A DNA stretch of 64,000 bases, from the NCBI GenBank assembly GCA_964036045.1, contig OZ038378.1, forward strand, positions 174,468,001 through 174,532,000, read 5' to 3'. This document shows, in pieces, positions 37,872-50,059 of the stretch (its first letter is position 1; every line of letters starts with the position of its first letter). The notes beneath the pieces were generated by a model. The model did no database searches and had not been told where the DNA came from. It was given only the letters and a program-made list of their open reading frames with translations. This DNA comes from Eutreptiella sp. 'Long Island Sound 2002'. Taxonomy: Eukaryota; Protista; Euglenida. The translations under genes and the position numbers were made by a program.

Positions 37872-38806
37872 GCTCAAATGGGAGGACCTGTCGGTTCTGC
37901 TTTTTTGAGAACTGCTTTTGTTTGGACTGTTGCTGCCCTAACAACGTCTGCTGGTCTGCTGGGTTATCACAATGTACTTTCACTGTCAAATGTGAAACAC
38001 ACTGCCATAATGACACCTGTGCCCGAAATGCCCGAAACCAATGTTATATTTTTTCCCGTCACTGCACTACTTTGTGATGACCTGCTGCTCAGCTTTGTCC
38101 AGAGGTGCACTATATTGGATTCTACTTTTGTTTTCCATCAGACAAGAACAATCATTTATAAACCATAAATTGTACCCTTCATAAACCACAAATTGTACCC
38201 TTCAGCCTTTGTCTTGGACTGCACAGACATATGCCACTGTCCTTGTGTATTTGCACTGTACTTCAGTGCAGCAGCCGCGTATTGTTTATCTTCTATCTGA
38301 GCTTCACCAGCAAGGTCATATATCCGGTCTGTTGTTTCCACGTTGCACCTCGGGCTGCAGTATAAAACTTTGTTTTACTGTTAACTGTGAACGTCTCTCC
38401 CTTGTTGATGTCATTTGCCAGTGCCAATGTTTTTCATCGCGAATATGCTTCTGCACATGCAGCTACACTGTGTGCACAAGTGCCCTACTTGTGTTTTGTG
38501 TTGCTCCTTTGCATACACTCGTTTGTCACAAGGGGAAGTTGTTTGTGGCTGCATGTGGTCCACAGCCGCAGATGGGATGGAATGGGGGAGGGGGGGGTCT
38601 GGGAATGTTGTCCATCACACCTCAATGCTTCCATGTCAGTTGCTGCTTCACTGTTGACAGTGAAACATTATAAAATATGGCCCCCACAGTGCAATTTCTG
38701 GAAATTGAATTTTTATGTGAGTTTCACTGTTGGCCACAAAGGCCACCAGTGAAACTTTTGCCCGGTTTCGGGGTCCCCGCCGGCCCGGGATGTCAAGTTT
38801 GTACCC

Positions 38807-39600
38807 CCAAGGCCCCCCCCCGGGCTCTAGGGAGAGGGCACACAGCCTGAGCGGCTCCAAGTTGCGAGGGGCGGATGGACAATGGCGGGGTGTCAATGCC
38901 CCCCCCCTCCCCCCGGCAAGGGGATGTTCAGGGCGAGACAGGGAGCTAAGCTCCTGCGGGAAGTCATGGGGGGGGGGGGGCTGCCACCCTCCACGCTGGC
39001 AGCGGGTTTCGGCCGCATTTCGGTGGACGTGGCGGCAGCGCGGCAAGCGGCAGGGGGCTCCCCCATCTATTCCCCACCACCTCCTCCACTCCTTCCCCCG
39101 CCCCTACGGGATGCGGTAGCAGAGGAGGCCGCGCTGGCGCTAGCCGACGGCGAGCTACAGAACGCCGTCGGCAATGACCCCCCCCCCCGCCACCACAAGC
39201 ACAGGGAGCGCGCTCAAAGAGGGGCCCCATGCAAACTGTGTGTGACGCGCACAAAGCACCCGCGTGCAAGGTGTGCCGGGGGCAAGGCGGGGTGCGGCAC
39301 TCCTGCTCCCGGCACCACGAGGGACACCCTCTATTGGTGCGAAACGTTGGGGGGGGGGGGGGGGGGGGGGGCTGCACGGCAGCACACACTGTTTGGGGCG
39401 GGAGTAGCCTAAGCCCTCGCCCCTGGGACCCCCCCCCCCGTGGCAACCTAGCGCAACGAAGGATAGGGGTGTCGAGGTTAGGTATCTTCCCCTTCCACCC
39501 TCCCAAGGCCCTCATGCGGGTCGCCCGTGCACCGCGTGGACACCAAATTAGCGCCCGGCCTTTGTGAGGCCATCTCCTCATACCCCCCAAGGGTGGCACG
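38807..39600 (-). pseudogene. 5' (APE-region) part of the LINE that continues at 25745
   Basis: GC-rich LINE-like sequence; LPVLVVAGG resembles the APE PVLVxGDFN motif; it joins the left part across CCAAGG to read ...LEPGGGPW|RGTLLPG. Confidence 0.55.
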
Positions 39601-41084
39601 GGCCACAAACTCCCCTAACTCCTAACCGCTAACTCTATCGTCCAAGACATTAAAAGCCACATGCCCTCATAAATAATACCAAGCACACACACATGGTGCA
39701 TGGGCTGTATGCAGGGCAATGGATGGACTGCATGACTGCACACAATCAATTGGAACATCCTAAGGCAATGTGAAGCTCCAATGCCTACCATTATACCATG
39801 CACCAAGCAAGTGGACCCCAAGCCCCATTGGTCATACCCAAAATGGCCCTTGTGCCCTGAACCCATCCCGCAAACCATACACAACTGCCCAGAACCCAAT
39901 CCCTTGTGCCACAGAAATCCTGTGTGAAGAATCCTAAAAGTAAAAAAATTGAGGTAATTTGCAAATGACACATTGCACCCTCCCATGCCATGGCAAATAG
40001 GGCCCCTTCTTAAAGACCCCCCCCCCCCCCACACACACACACTTAAGCTTGCTTGGCATGGGGGGGGGGGGGCTCCCTTTAAACGCAAATTGGTGATGCC
40101 CCAAGGGGGTCAAAGTTTTTCGGGTTTGTGGGCGAGACAAGTATGAGAGCAGGCATTGTAAAGCCAACAAGAGCACAGTATGGTTATCCGAAACCCTGCA
40201 CAAATTAATGGCAAGCCTCCAAGAGTCACGAGGAGTAAACATGCATCTGAGACCAACAACACTTAATTTGTCTGTTGTACTGTTGTACTTATGCGCGGTG
40301 CTCTTGAGCGCCTGCACTGTGTGCACAGCATGTCCACGCATCACATGACGGTGGTGAGTGGAGCATGGCTCCCTAATCGGCTACTATTGGAGACTGCTAG
40401 TGCACTACCCTGATTTCTGCACATTGGGTTTGCATGTGTCTATGCTCTTTGTCTACACTGCCTTGATCCATTACTGATGTAGAGAGTTTTGCTAGCAAAA
40501 TCGTGTTTTGGGGGCAAATCTGAAAATGGTGCTATGGTGATCAAAATTGCATTGGGACCGACGGTCTTTTCGGACATTTTCATGGGAACATATACTTCAC
40601 CAAACTTATATTTGTCATCCTCCAAGAGCCACAAGTTGTCGAGCTAGCCCCTTTATTGATTTGTAATATTACTGCACAAATGGTGGGCAAGGCTTTTTAA
40701 TGGCTGTGTGAGGTGCAACCCATGGCCTGGATGGCCGACCACTTTGCATTTACCAGCCTGTATAAGTATGCACCCCGAAGCCTTCAAGAATCATATTAGT
40801 CATCCAAAAGCTTGTGCAAATGAACAGCAAGCATCCTGAAGCCAATCCAAAATTAACAGCAATCATGGAAAAGCCTTGAAGAATTAATAGCAGGCATTTA
40901 GAAGCCCATACGAATTACTGATGGTCATCCAATAGCTAACACAAATTTGTAGCAGGCGTCCGGAAGCCACCAAGAATACGTAGTAGTCTTCCACAACTAC
41001 CCAGCAATCAATTCATTCAAGCCCCACACCCCCACTCCCAGCCTAACTAGCCTTGGGCTACCACTGGTGGGTTGACCCCCGCCC

Positions 41085-42192
41085 CCTGGGGGTGCCATAA
41101 GGACGGTCACAATCAATAAGGCACCCATTTTGTGTTTTGGTGCAGGGCATGTTCAGGGTATGAACACTCTAATGTGTATTGTTCTCAAGTAACGATGGTA
41201 GCCCAGTTGGTTGTTGTGTTAATCTTCAGGGGGAATGGTCACTGGTTCAATTCTTGGAAATCACAAACTTTCAATGTCTGTGAATAGGGGTTGTATTCAT
41301 CAAGACATTTTAGGAGCCATGGCATGCAACAACAGTTGCACTATGTTGTGCATGTGTCTTTGTGTCAAGGCACACAGGGCAGGGCACGATGGGCTTTGGC
41401 GAGGTAGGCCATATCAGACACTCACAATGTTTTTTTTTTCAAGGCGCCCCCTGCCCGCCCCCCCCCCCTCCAGGGTTGTGCTTGCCTTGAAAAATTCGAC
41501 AGACGACCCCACCCCTACCTCCCCCCCTCCAGTGCCTAGCCGCTCCAGTGCCACAAGAGTATCAACCATGACAGGTTGTTTGTGGCAAGTGTCTATTCTT
41601 GCTTGAGCGCTCCATTTGTGGTCACCATGAAGTCAAAGGTTGTCAATAGTGAGCCAAACCTTCGACGGCAAATTCTGCCTGCACCGTAGCATTTCTGTGG
41701 TAGCACCATGTGCATTCACCACAATAGTGTGCCGCGTCCATTTCAAACCAGGGATGCAGAATTTGTACCATGGTGATACCTTCTGCACCTTGCTATGGGG
41801 GCCCTCCTTTTCCGTGTGGATAGACTGTTTGGACTATATCATCAGTGTTAATGTGCTTTGGTCCGTGCTGGATGGGGTCATAGGCCGTCCCTACAGTAGT
41901 GCCACTTCTAATATACGGGGGCATAGGGACCCATATGGTCTGAAACTGTTTTTGAGACTGATTTCGTTGGGTTGGCAAGGAGGACCCCCCCACCCCCCTC
42001 TCAGAGCCCCTCCCACCAAACCCCCCATCCCCTCACCCTGCTCACAAACACCGCTGCCCCCCCCCCCCCCCCGGAGTATCTTCCCACCTTTCCCCAAATT
42101 GAGGATTCGCTCTGAAAACGCAAACCGGTACATACACCCGGAAGCATCAATTGGCATACCCATTCAGCCTTTATGGCACACACCCCCTGGGT
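41085..42192. mobile_element. Possible non-autonomous TIR element (~1.1 kb)
   Basis: CCCTGGGGGTGCCATAAGG near 41085 vs CCTTTATGGCACACACCCCCTGGG near 42170 (imperfect inverted match); no TSD established. Confidence 0.3.
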
Positions 42193-43416
42193 TAGCCCCC
42201 CTTAGAGTACCCCTCTCTTAGCGTAGCCCTCTCTCCCCAAAAGCGCATCTGGCCCACTTCTGCTCTGGGGGGGGAAGGGCATATGCACGCAGTGCTAGGC
42301 ACAGTCACCAATGATGCATTTTGGGGTTGCGGCAGGACCCTTCCCATGCCATGCTCCTTAAATGGTGGGGGGGGGGGCTATGGAGTTATGGAGGTGAGCG
42401 TTCTTCAATGGCACGGGAGGGCCCACCCCCCTGGAAATGCGAATTGGTGCCGCCCTGCTCATGCCGTGGGTTTTGAGAGCCAGAACTGGACTGGACTAAC
42501 CGGTGGCTGCACACTGTGCCAAGTTGGGATCAGGGTGGAGGAAGCAAAGCATGTGGACGGTGTTCGAAGCAGCGAACGGGACTGAAATGCCAGTGAAAGG
42601 ACTCAACACGTGGGCGTGGTAGAAGAGATGTCGCATGAGATGTCGTTTGTGATGTGTTTTGCTGAGCGGGCCTGAGCCAGAAAGGGGGGGGCCTTCCATT
42701 AGGGCTCGTAGGTTACCAGTTAGGTGTCAATTGTTCTGTCCAGCCAGTGTCTGTTGTATGTATTTTGTATGACCTGCTTATTGGCTGGAGGAGTGTAACA
42801 GGGGGCGGCAGAGACAGATTCATTGTGCCGGTTTTTGTTTTGTGGGTCACAAACCACATTCTTTGGACGGCATGTTGATCCAGTCCTCCTGCACTGCATA
42901 CGCATCCTCAGACTGAGTGTCACACTGAGTCCGAATAGTTGCCTAGGGGAAGTCTTTGCGGACAGCTCGAGGTGGGCAGATTATCCCAACCAATGATGGA
43001 CTCTGTTGGTGCATGTTTGGAGCTGTCACTGGGGCTGCGGTGACATTCTGTCCCCTTCCTCTTGTGTGTTTGGTGTTGGTTGGGTGAGGGAAAACACCCC
43101 CATAGCTTGCATTTCTTTCCTTCTAGCACAATCAAATTTGCGTGTGGCACTGGGTTGCTGTCCAATATCTATACAGGGACAGGGTTCATTTCTCACCTTT
43201 TATTTTGGGGTAAATGTTTGGAGGTTGGTTGAGCACTTGATGAAACAAATCTCGGAAATCTCCCAAGTCATTTGGATACGGCAGTGGTGTCCTTGATGGT
43301 TGGTGCATTCCCTCGCTCGCTCGCTCACTATCTCGCCCACCTGCTTGCTCACCAGTGCACCCAATTACTCCCTCACCCCACTCACCCATTCATCCCATTG
43401 CACGCCCCCCTCGCAG

Positions 43417-43776
43417 GTAGTGATCATTTGCATCTTCGCTCTGACCAATGAGTTCACCCGTGGGCAAATTGGGACGGCAGAGCTACAGAACAAGGCCACA
43501 CGGCTATTGCATAGTTTGCAGAAGATCAGCTTGAAGACCATTGAGGCCATCAGCCACTGGCGGGAGCAGCTAACGCGGCCCTTTCCATTCATGTTCCAGC
43601 GCCTCAACTACATCCTCAAGATACTTGCGGACAATCATGTCGTGTCGTCCTCGCCGCTGAATCAAGTGCTGCCCATGAGCCTCTATGATTTTCCCTTGTG
43701 CTCCCATCTCCCAACGCCGGAGCTGTTTCATCAGCAGCTGCAAGCCTCCCAAGGCCTAGCTGCGTATCCATTGCAG
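43417..43776 (+). CDS. Host gene exon 2
   Basis: CAG acceptor after a pyrimidine tract; 360 nt, phase 0-0; VVIICIFALTNEF...LQKISLKTIEAISHWREQLTRPFPF...NYILKILAD...AAYPLQ; GT donor at 43777; reads in frame from exon 1 (RRE|VVII). Confidence 0.8.
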
Positions 43777-44120
43777 GTCTGTAGGCAGACAGGCCTCCCA
43801 CCCCCACATCCAACATCCAACTTATTATCCTGCATGTTGTTGCACAAGGGATAGGGACAGGGAATGAGGAATGATGAAGGGCCGCCTGGTCTTATGAGGA
43901 GCGTTGGAACTGCTGGTTGTGGCTGAGACGCCACACTGCCTGACTGCACGTGGTTTATGCAATTGTGCAGTGTCACTGGGTGCACTGCACTGTGGTCGAT
44001 CACGGGGTTACTTGTACCTCGGACGTAGTTCACCAATGCCTTGCGGAATGCTGCATCCAGATCGATCTCCGGAGAGTTCTTCTTCTTTCAACATCATCTG
44101 TTTCACCAGAAACTCATTAG

Positions 44121-44228
44121 TACCCTATGTGGTACCTGCCCGGTCACAGAACCAGGGCACCAGCGGCCACTGAGCACAGATCGATACAGTCCACCAACGA
44201 ATGGGAGCTACAAGCTACAATTAAGAAG
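44121..44228 (+). CDS. Candidate host gene exon 3
   Basis: TAG acceptor at 44118-20; 108 nt, phase 0-0, YPMWYLPGHRTR...NEWELQATIKK; GT at 44229; alternative acceptors exist. Confidence 0.4.
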
Positions 44229-44479
44229 GTACTGATGGGGCACACAGATTAATCAAAGCTCGTATATTCTCAGCAAACGTCAACAAGGTCATTCGTATCA
44301 CGGTAAATCTGGTCAGGCTGTTGAATGGACACCAAGCCCAACCACCACGATAGTTTTCACTGACACTTCGGGGCAACGGCACTGTTACTCACGTGATATT
44401 TACTGTGGGTGTGTGATTGGTAGGGGGTTCACTATTCCTGTCAATGATCTCAATCGTTCACAATTTACATGGTTGCCAT

Positions 44480-44925
44480 GCACTGTTTCCGCTGTTTCGG
44501 GCAAAACTGAAATGGCCACGTACCCCCTGCCCTATCGGGGAAAACAGAAATGCCTACATTAACCCTGCTGTCTCGGGGACAAATGACATGGCTACGCAAC
44601 CCCTGCTGTGTCACGGGGAAATGAAAGGGCTACGTAACCCTTGCCGTACCAAGGGAAACAGAAATGGCTTTGTAACCCCTGCGTATTGGGGATTACAGAG
44701 CTATTTCAGTGTCCTCCGAGATGGCAGGGGTTACATAGCCATTTCGGTTTCCCCCCATACTTGCTTAGCTATTTCATTCCTCCCTCATACGGTCAGGGTT
44801 GGTAGCCATTTCAGTTTTTTCCTGACACAGTAGAAGTTACACAGCCATTTCATTTCTCCCCAATACAACAAGGGTTAATTAGCCATTTCAATTTTCTCCA
44901 AGACGGCTGAGGTTACGCTGCCGCC
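44480..44925. repeat. Foldback array of ~39-bp units: about 5 forward then about 6 reverse
   Basis: GAAATGGCTACGTAACCCCTG-like units at ~44509, 44548, 44587, 44623 and 44662; then GGGGTTACATAGCCATTTC-like units from ~44700 to 44920. Confidence 0.85.
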
Positions 44926-45099
44926 GTTGTCCCGCGAAGATATGTTTCAACATTAATTTTTTCTTTGGCAAAGTCTCAGTTGGGACCACTCCGCCTTAAT
45001 GTCTCGATTGGATTGTTCCAATGATGTTGATATGTGAAATGTTGCATGTGTTCGCAACTATGTGACGTGTATGAGATTCGGTGGTGCGAAAGATTGTCA

Positions 45100-46400
45100 T
45101 TTTACACTCATAACCCCCCATTCACCTATTTTGTGAGCCACTACACCGATAGCATGCCCATATGCCGCATGGATTGATCTTTGTTTGATGTGCTATTTAA
45201 TCCCAAGTACACTGGCCATGTTTATGAGCCGACTATGACTATGAACAACCTTGGGAACATAGTATGGGTTTGTGGTCTCATGCTGGGAACTGCGGATGTT
45301 ATGATTTGGGATCAGTGTAGTCCTTCTCAAAAGCATGGGCGCTTTCTGGATGGTGAAGTGGCTGCTCATGATGGTGTAATCAAAGGTTGTGTCCACACCA
45401 TTGTGCCGTATATTGGGCTTAATTTTGACTTAACTTTGATTGAAGTCCAAAAGGAAGGTAATGATATGCATGGCTTCTATGGTGCAAGGCCGGAGCACCT
45501 CTTTGCCCGCTTGTGGCAATGGAGGATTGTCTGCCATATGTGGATGGGTTGTGCTACAGAGGTGCATGGCCACGTAGAGGTGTATGGCTATGTGCATTTA
45601 GGATGCACCCTGCCAAGTGCTAGACTCAGATGTATCACAGGGATAGTGCGCACAACTAGCAATAGACGCCGTCATCATTTTCTTCTTCTTCTACGGAGGC
45701 TTCCTCCTGTGCTCGGACTAACTCAAGTACATGAGGCACAGGTCCAAGGGGCTGATACCTAGTTTGCCTTCACATGGTTTGGTTTACCGTTGCATTGTTG
45801 TATTTTGGGTACCTAATTTGATTGTTTACGCATATGTTGAAGTACAAGGTTGGAAGTACATGGTTGAAGATAATTGAAAATGGCACCCGTTGCTCGTTCT
45901 ATTTTGCCTTGTTGTACATACGCGGTTGGTGGTTTTTGGTGGGTTTTTGATATGGTAAGACTACCGCAAACAAATGTAGTGGACATGCACTGCATAAACA
46001 AAAATGAAGAGGGGGCCTCTAACGGGGCCTCGTGCACGAATGCCATGGCTTGCAGTATTGAGTGAGATGATGTGGTGAAGGATATGAGGCCATTGGGATC
46101 ACGTACTGTTTGTTGTATGTGTATAGTGGGTATACAAAGAACCTTTTAAGAGATCCTCATTCAGGTTGTTGATAGATGTCAATTCTCATGGGTATCTATG
46201 CTCCAAGATAAAATGCAAGCAGTTCGGGTGCGGTAAACCTTAGGGCTCTTGCCACTCATCCAATTAGTAGTAAAGGGTTCTGTTTGCCATCCATCAATGT
46301 TGGTGGTTTGGCTAAGTGTTGTTGCATGTGGTATGATGCCCACCCAAGTGACCCAACCCACAGATCCCATGTCGAAGGTGAGAAGGATACATAGTTTCAC
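45100..46400 (-). pseudogene. Possible highly decayed LINE RT fragment
   Basis: NIDGWQTEPFTTNW and FNYLQP segments weakly resemble RT motifs (vNG..t.pF, FxYLG); otherwise broken frames. Confidence 0.25.
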
Positions 46401-46430
46401 TGAGACCACATGCCTTGTGAAAGGAGGCGC

Positions 46431-48077
46431 ACGGGGGTGGGAGGTTTGGCGCTAATGAGGCGCATGGGGGGGCAGGGTTTGGCGCTACCGAGGCGCGCGC
46501 GGGCAGGGGGGGGGGGGGGGCGCAAAGGGGTTTGGCGCTAACGACACGCACGGGAGGGGTTTGGTGCTAACGAGGCACGCAGGGAGCACACAAACGGCCG
46601 TCCATACACAAGGCGCTGCACACACAAGGCGGTATGTAGCCACCGCAGGAGTCTTGTTATGTAAGGGGGTGCGGGGGCTGGCCCCCGCGGGTCGAGCATA
46701 GCGAGCTGTAGCGTGGGAAGGGTTGGGGGTGCACACAAAAGGCGGTCCATACACAAGGCGGTGCAAGGCATGTAGAGGGGGGGGAGTCAGAGATGCACTA
46801 GGGGGGGATCGGGGGGGGGTTGGGGGCAGAATATTTTTTCCAAGGTTTGGCACTGCTGAGGCGCATGAGGGGGGGTTTGGTGCTGGCGAGGCGCACGGGG
46901 GGGGGGTTGGCGCTATCGAGGCGCACGGGGGGGGGGGGGGCTAACAAGGCGCAAGGGGTGGGGATGTTTGGCGCCGTCGAGGCGCACAGGGGGTAGAGAT
47001 TTGACGCTAACGACGTGCACGCCGAGCTCAATTACACGAGTCACACAGTTTCAGCTAAACACGCACATTGCTTGACTTGTTCAAGCATGGCTTTCAACTC
47101 AACAGGGCTTTTTTCAACGTTGTTTGATTAATTCTTTCGGACCGTGTCGTGAGGTTGTTGGGGGACACAAAGGGGACAAGCAGCCAGAACAAGTTTGTGC
47201 TACAGCAAAAGTTGTGCATATATTTTGGTGAACTTGCCATTTTACTGATTGCTATGCTGTTTCGCTTTACAAATGTTGCCACTGAGTATGATTGTGTATG
47301 TTTGTTTGTTTTGTGGCCTTTCTACATGAACAAATTCTTGCTGTTGCATGTGTTTAGGTGCAAATGGTGAGGTGACACCCCAGATTACGGCCTACCCCCA
47401 CTGCTGCCCAGGGGCGCGTGACCTCACCGTGGTGTGGGGGTGAAACCGGGGGGGGGGGGTCCCCCCCGGGCTAACACGCAATCTGGGGGGTGGCCTGGTC
47501 CACCACTGGTCCAGCCACGGCGGCCGGGTCACGGGATCCTGCGCCCCACCCCTCGCCGGCCACCGTGGGCCAGCCACGATGGCACAGGGCGGGCTCCACC
47601 GGGGGCTGGCGGTATGCAAGTCAGCCCCGGGTCTCCCTGTGACCTAGCCCTCTCCAGGGCACATGTGTATCCCTCTTTTGTGCCCCAGCCCATGACACCG
47701 TGTGTCTTTGCACAGGTTCATCACGGGTGGGGACCGCGGACTGGAACGCCCAACCGGGCCTGGGGTCAAGCCTCAGTGCCTCGGACGGCAACTACGAGGA
47801 ATATGCGCACCGAGACCGGGGGAGGGTCCCGCGCCTACCGCTACGGTGCTCACTGCGCCGGGGCTAGGGTACCTTCCTCTCGTTTCGGCTGCGCCTTGAA
47901 ATAAGGGGAGACCCCCCGGACATGGGTACCTTGGAGATTGGTTGGAGGGGGACGGCGCCCCCTTGGCGCCCGGAAATGATCATGGAAGAAGGGGCGGCCC
48001 CCCGATCTGTCTCGTGGAGGGGCGCCATCCCCTCCCAGTGACTTGCACGAAGGGGAGGCCCCCCGTGTGGCGAGTAT
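46431..48077. repeat. 1.65-kb direct repeat, copy 1 (includes a ~30-bp GGTTTGGCGCTAATGAGGCGCACGGGG tandem array)
   Basis: Near-identical to 54023-55689 over its full length; paired ORF translations are almost identical (e.g. 47149-47370 vs 54765-54986). Confidence 0.96.
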
Positions 48078-48450
48078 TCCTTTGTCTACCATCCGTACGT
48101 TTCTGGCCGGAGGCGCGCTTTTGTGGCCCATGGTGTTGCACGTAAGGTTTTGAAAGCGCGTAGAGCGCGCACAACGCGTACAACACGTACAGACCAAGTA
48201 ACACGCACAGGACGCGTAGCACGCCGAACACGTACCTCCAGAGGCACGTGCAAAATTGAAATACCGGAACGCGCAGAACGCGCAGCACGTCGCTTTGCAC
48301 ACGGGCGCACATCGAGGAGGGGCCGGGTCCTCACAGTTGGGAAATGAATCCTACGCGGTTGTCCCCCAGGGTCCGCACTGGTCCCATGGGTAGGGATAGC
48401 ACAGGCTCCGCCTCCATGATCGTCTCGTTCAAGCCCCCCATTCCACCACA

Positions 48451-50059
48451 CTACTCCTCATCTTCCTCATCCTCCTCATCCTCCTCATCCTCCTCGTCCT
48501 CCTCATCCTCCTCATCATCCTCGTCCTCCTCATCCTCCTCATCCTCCTCGCCCTCCTCGTCCTCCTCGTCCTCCTCGTCCTCCCCGTCCTCTTCGTCCTC
48601 CTCATGGACCTCCTCCCACACCTCCTCGTCCTCATCGTCTACCTCCATGTCCCGTGCGCCTTGCACACCTCCATAGCCATGTCCCGGTGCAAAGCACAAC
48701 ACATGGAATGCCTTTCCACAACCGGTACATTCATAACCGGTTCTTCCCCTCTTGCAAAAGTGGCACACACGCCGCCGTTGTGTCGCCACCGGCACGTGTA
48801 CCTCTTGTCGGAGGGGGTGGGCAAACTACCGCCGCCGCAACACTTGCCATTGCCACTCCCACATACTAATAGTCTCCTTGCAAAGTCCCAATTGCCGGCA
48901 AGTTGCGAACGCATTCACAACCGCGTACCGGAGCACGAACGCACGCACTGCGTGGGCCCATGTCATCTGGCGGCCAACCGACCTCATCTGCAGGGCCATC
49001 TGGTTCACACCATCGACACCGCGCGACAGTGTGCGGTACGCCGCCACCACGGGGTGCACTTCGCGCCCGCTTCGCCGACGAGGTGGTCCCTTTCGGGCAA
49101 ACCACACATTCGTCAACATCGGCACAACGCGGGGGGGGTTTATGCCCGACCTTCGGATTCTTGTACACGCACAAACTGTACTTGAAATCCGCAATGGTGC
49201 ACACCGCCGTCTGCCCCTCCTGCACCTGCTCCCCGGCCCATGTCACGCCGTACGTGGACCTCTTCGTCATCATGAGGAATGCCCGCTTGTTGGCGGCCAA
49301 TTCCTTTGCGAGGCCGTGGGGCCCGAAAAAGGAGTCGGCACATAGCACCGTCCCCTCGGGTAGCAATGATGCCCACAACTTCATGATGTTTTTGTCATCA
49401 AAGTTTCCCGCCGCAGTGCCGTAGCGGCATAGCCTGCCCCGTACACCGGTGTACAAATACATGTCCACCACGTACCCCCATGTTGCGTCCGCCAGGCAAT
49501 ACAACTTTATCCCGGTTGGGTGCGGTTTCCGGGCAATGAACATTTTCAAGGGGCCCGCTAGCATCCCCTTGTGGGGCACCACCGACTCATCGCCGCAGGC
49601 CCCACCCCCCATGCACCACGCTCCCGCCCATTGGCCATTGCAGTCTTCCAGTAGCGAGACCACATCGGTACGTAGCAACCGTTGCAGCAAGTAATATTGG
49701 CGACGCGTCAGCATGTTTGCCATATAGGGATTGTATAATAGGCCCTTGCGGTCCCAAACCCCGTCAACCTGCATGGGTCGCACCATCCCCAATAGAATTA
49801 GAAATGCATTTTACCTAGGTACTAGAGGTAGCAGGTCTGGCCTTCCATGGTCCCGTAGGGCTTGGCATTGTAGATTCTCTATGGGGGCCATGATATGGTC
49901 CCACACCTCGTCCTCAGTATAGCCGATGAGCCAGGACTCCCCTGGCCGGATACCGTACTGGATATCGGCCGCACAGTCCTCCTGTGGGAGCCTATGGTCG
50001 TAGAGCGGTGGCTGAAATTTTGGTGGCATCACAAAAAAAGATTGTTGAAAAATGAGACT
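48451..50059 (-). pseudogene. piggyBac-family DDD transposase with cysteine-rich C-terminal domain and acidic tail; 2 in-frame stops and 1 frameshift
   Basis: NAFLILLGM; CGDESVVPHKG; RKPHPTGIKLYCLAD; LCADSFFG; YRTLSRGVDGVNQM; YAVVNAF; CHFC...YECTGCGKAFHVLCF..GH; stops at ~49811 and 48826, frameshift in the G-run at ~49135; ATG at 50029. Confidence 0.93.

Larger units (their letters stand above)
25746..38805 (+). mobile_element. ~13 kb TIR DNA transposon (element E) with a decayed, probably spliced transposase-like gene
   Basis: Left end GGTACAAATCTGACATCCG (25746-25764) matches the reverse complement of right end GGGATGTCAAGTTTGTACC (38787-38805) at 16/19; CCAA on both flanks (25742-45, 38807-10); the flanks rejoin as one LINE sequence. 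Confidence 0.8.

Noticed and set aside
25794-38756. CRISPR array or bacterial parS cluster suggested by the recurring palindrome
   Set aside because: Spacing is irregular (80-1300 bp), the spacers are long coding or duplicated sequence, there are no cas or parAB genes, and the context is eukaryotic; the motif has an 8-bp insert relative to parS
44545-44885. TTAACCC and GGGTTAA as piggyBac termini
   Set aside because: They are variants of individual 39-bp foldback units, not unique ends, and are not linked to the transposase
45181-45762. 193-aa plus-strand ORF as a further host exon
   Set aside because: No convincing splice sites or protein-like pattern; more likely the antisense of a decayed element
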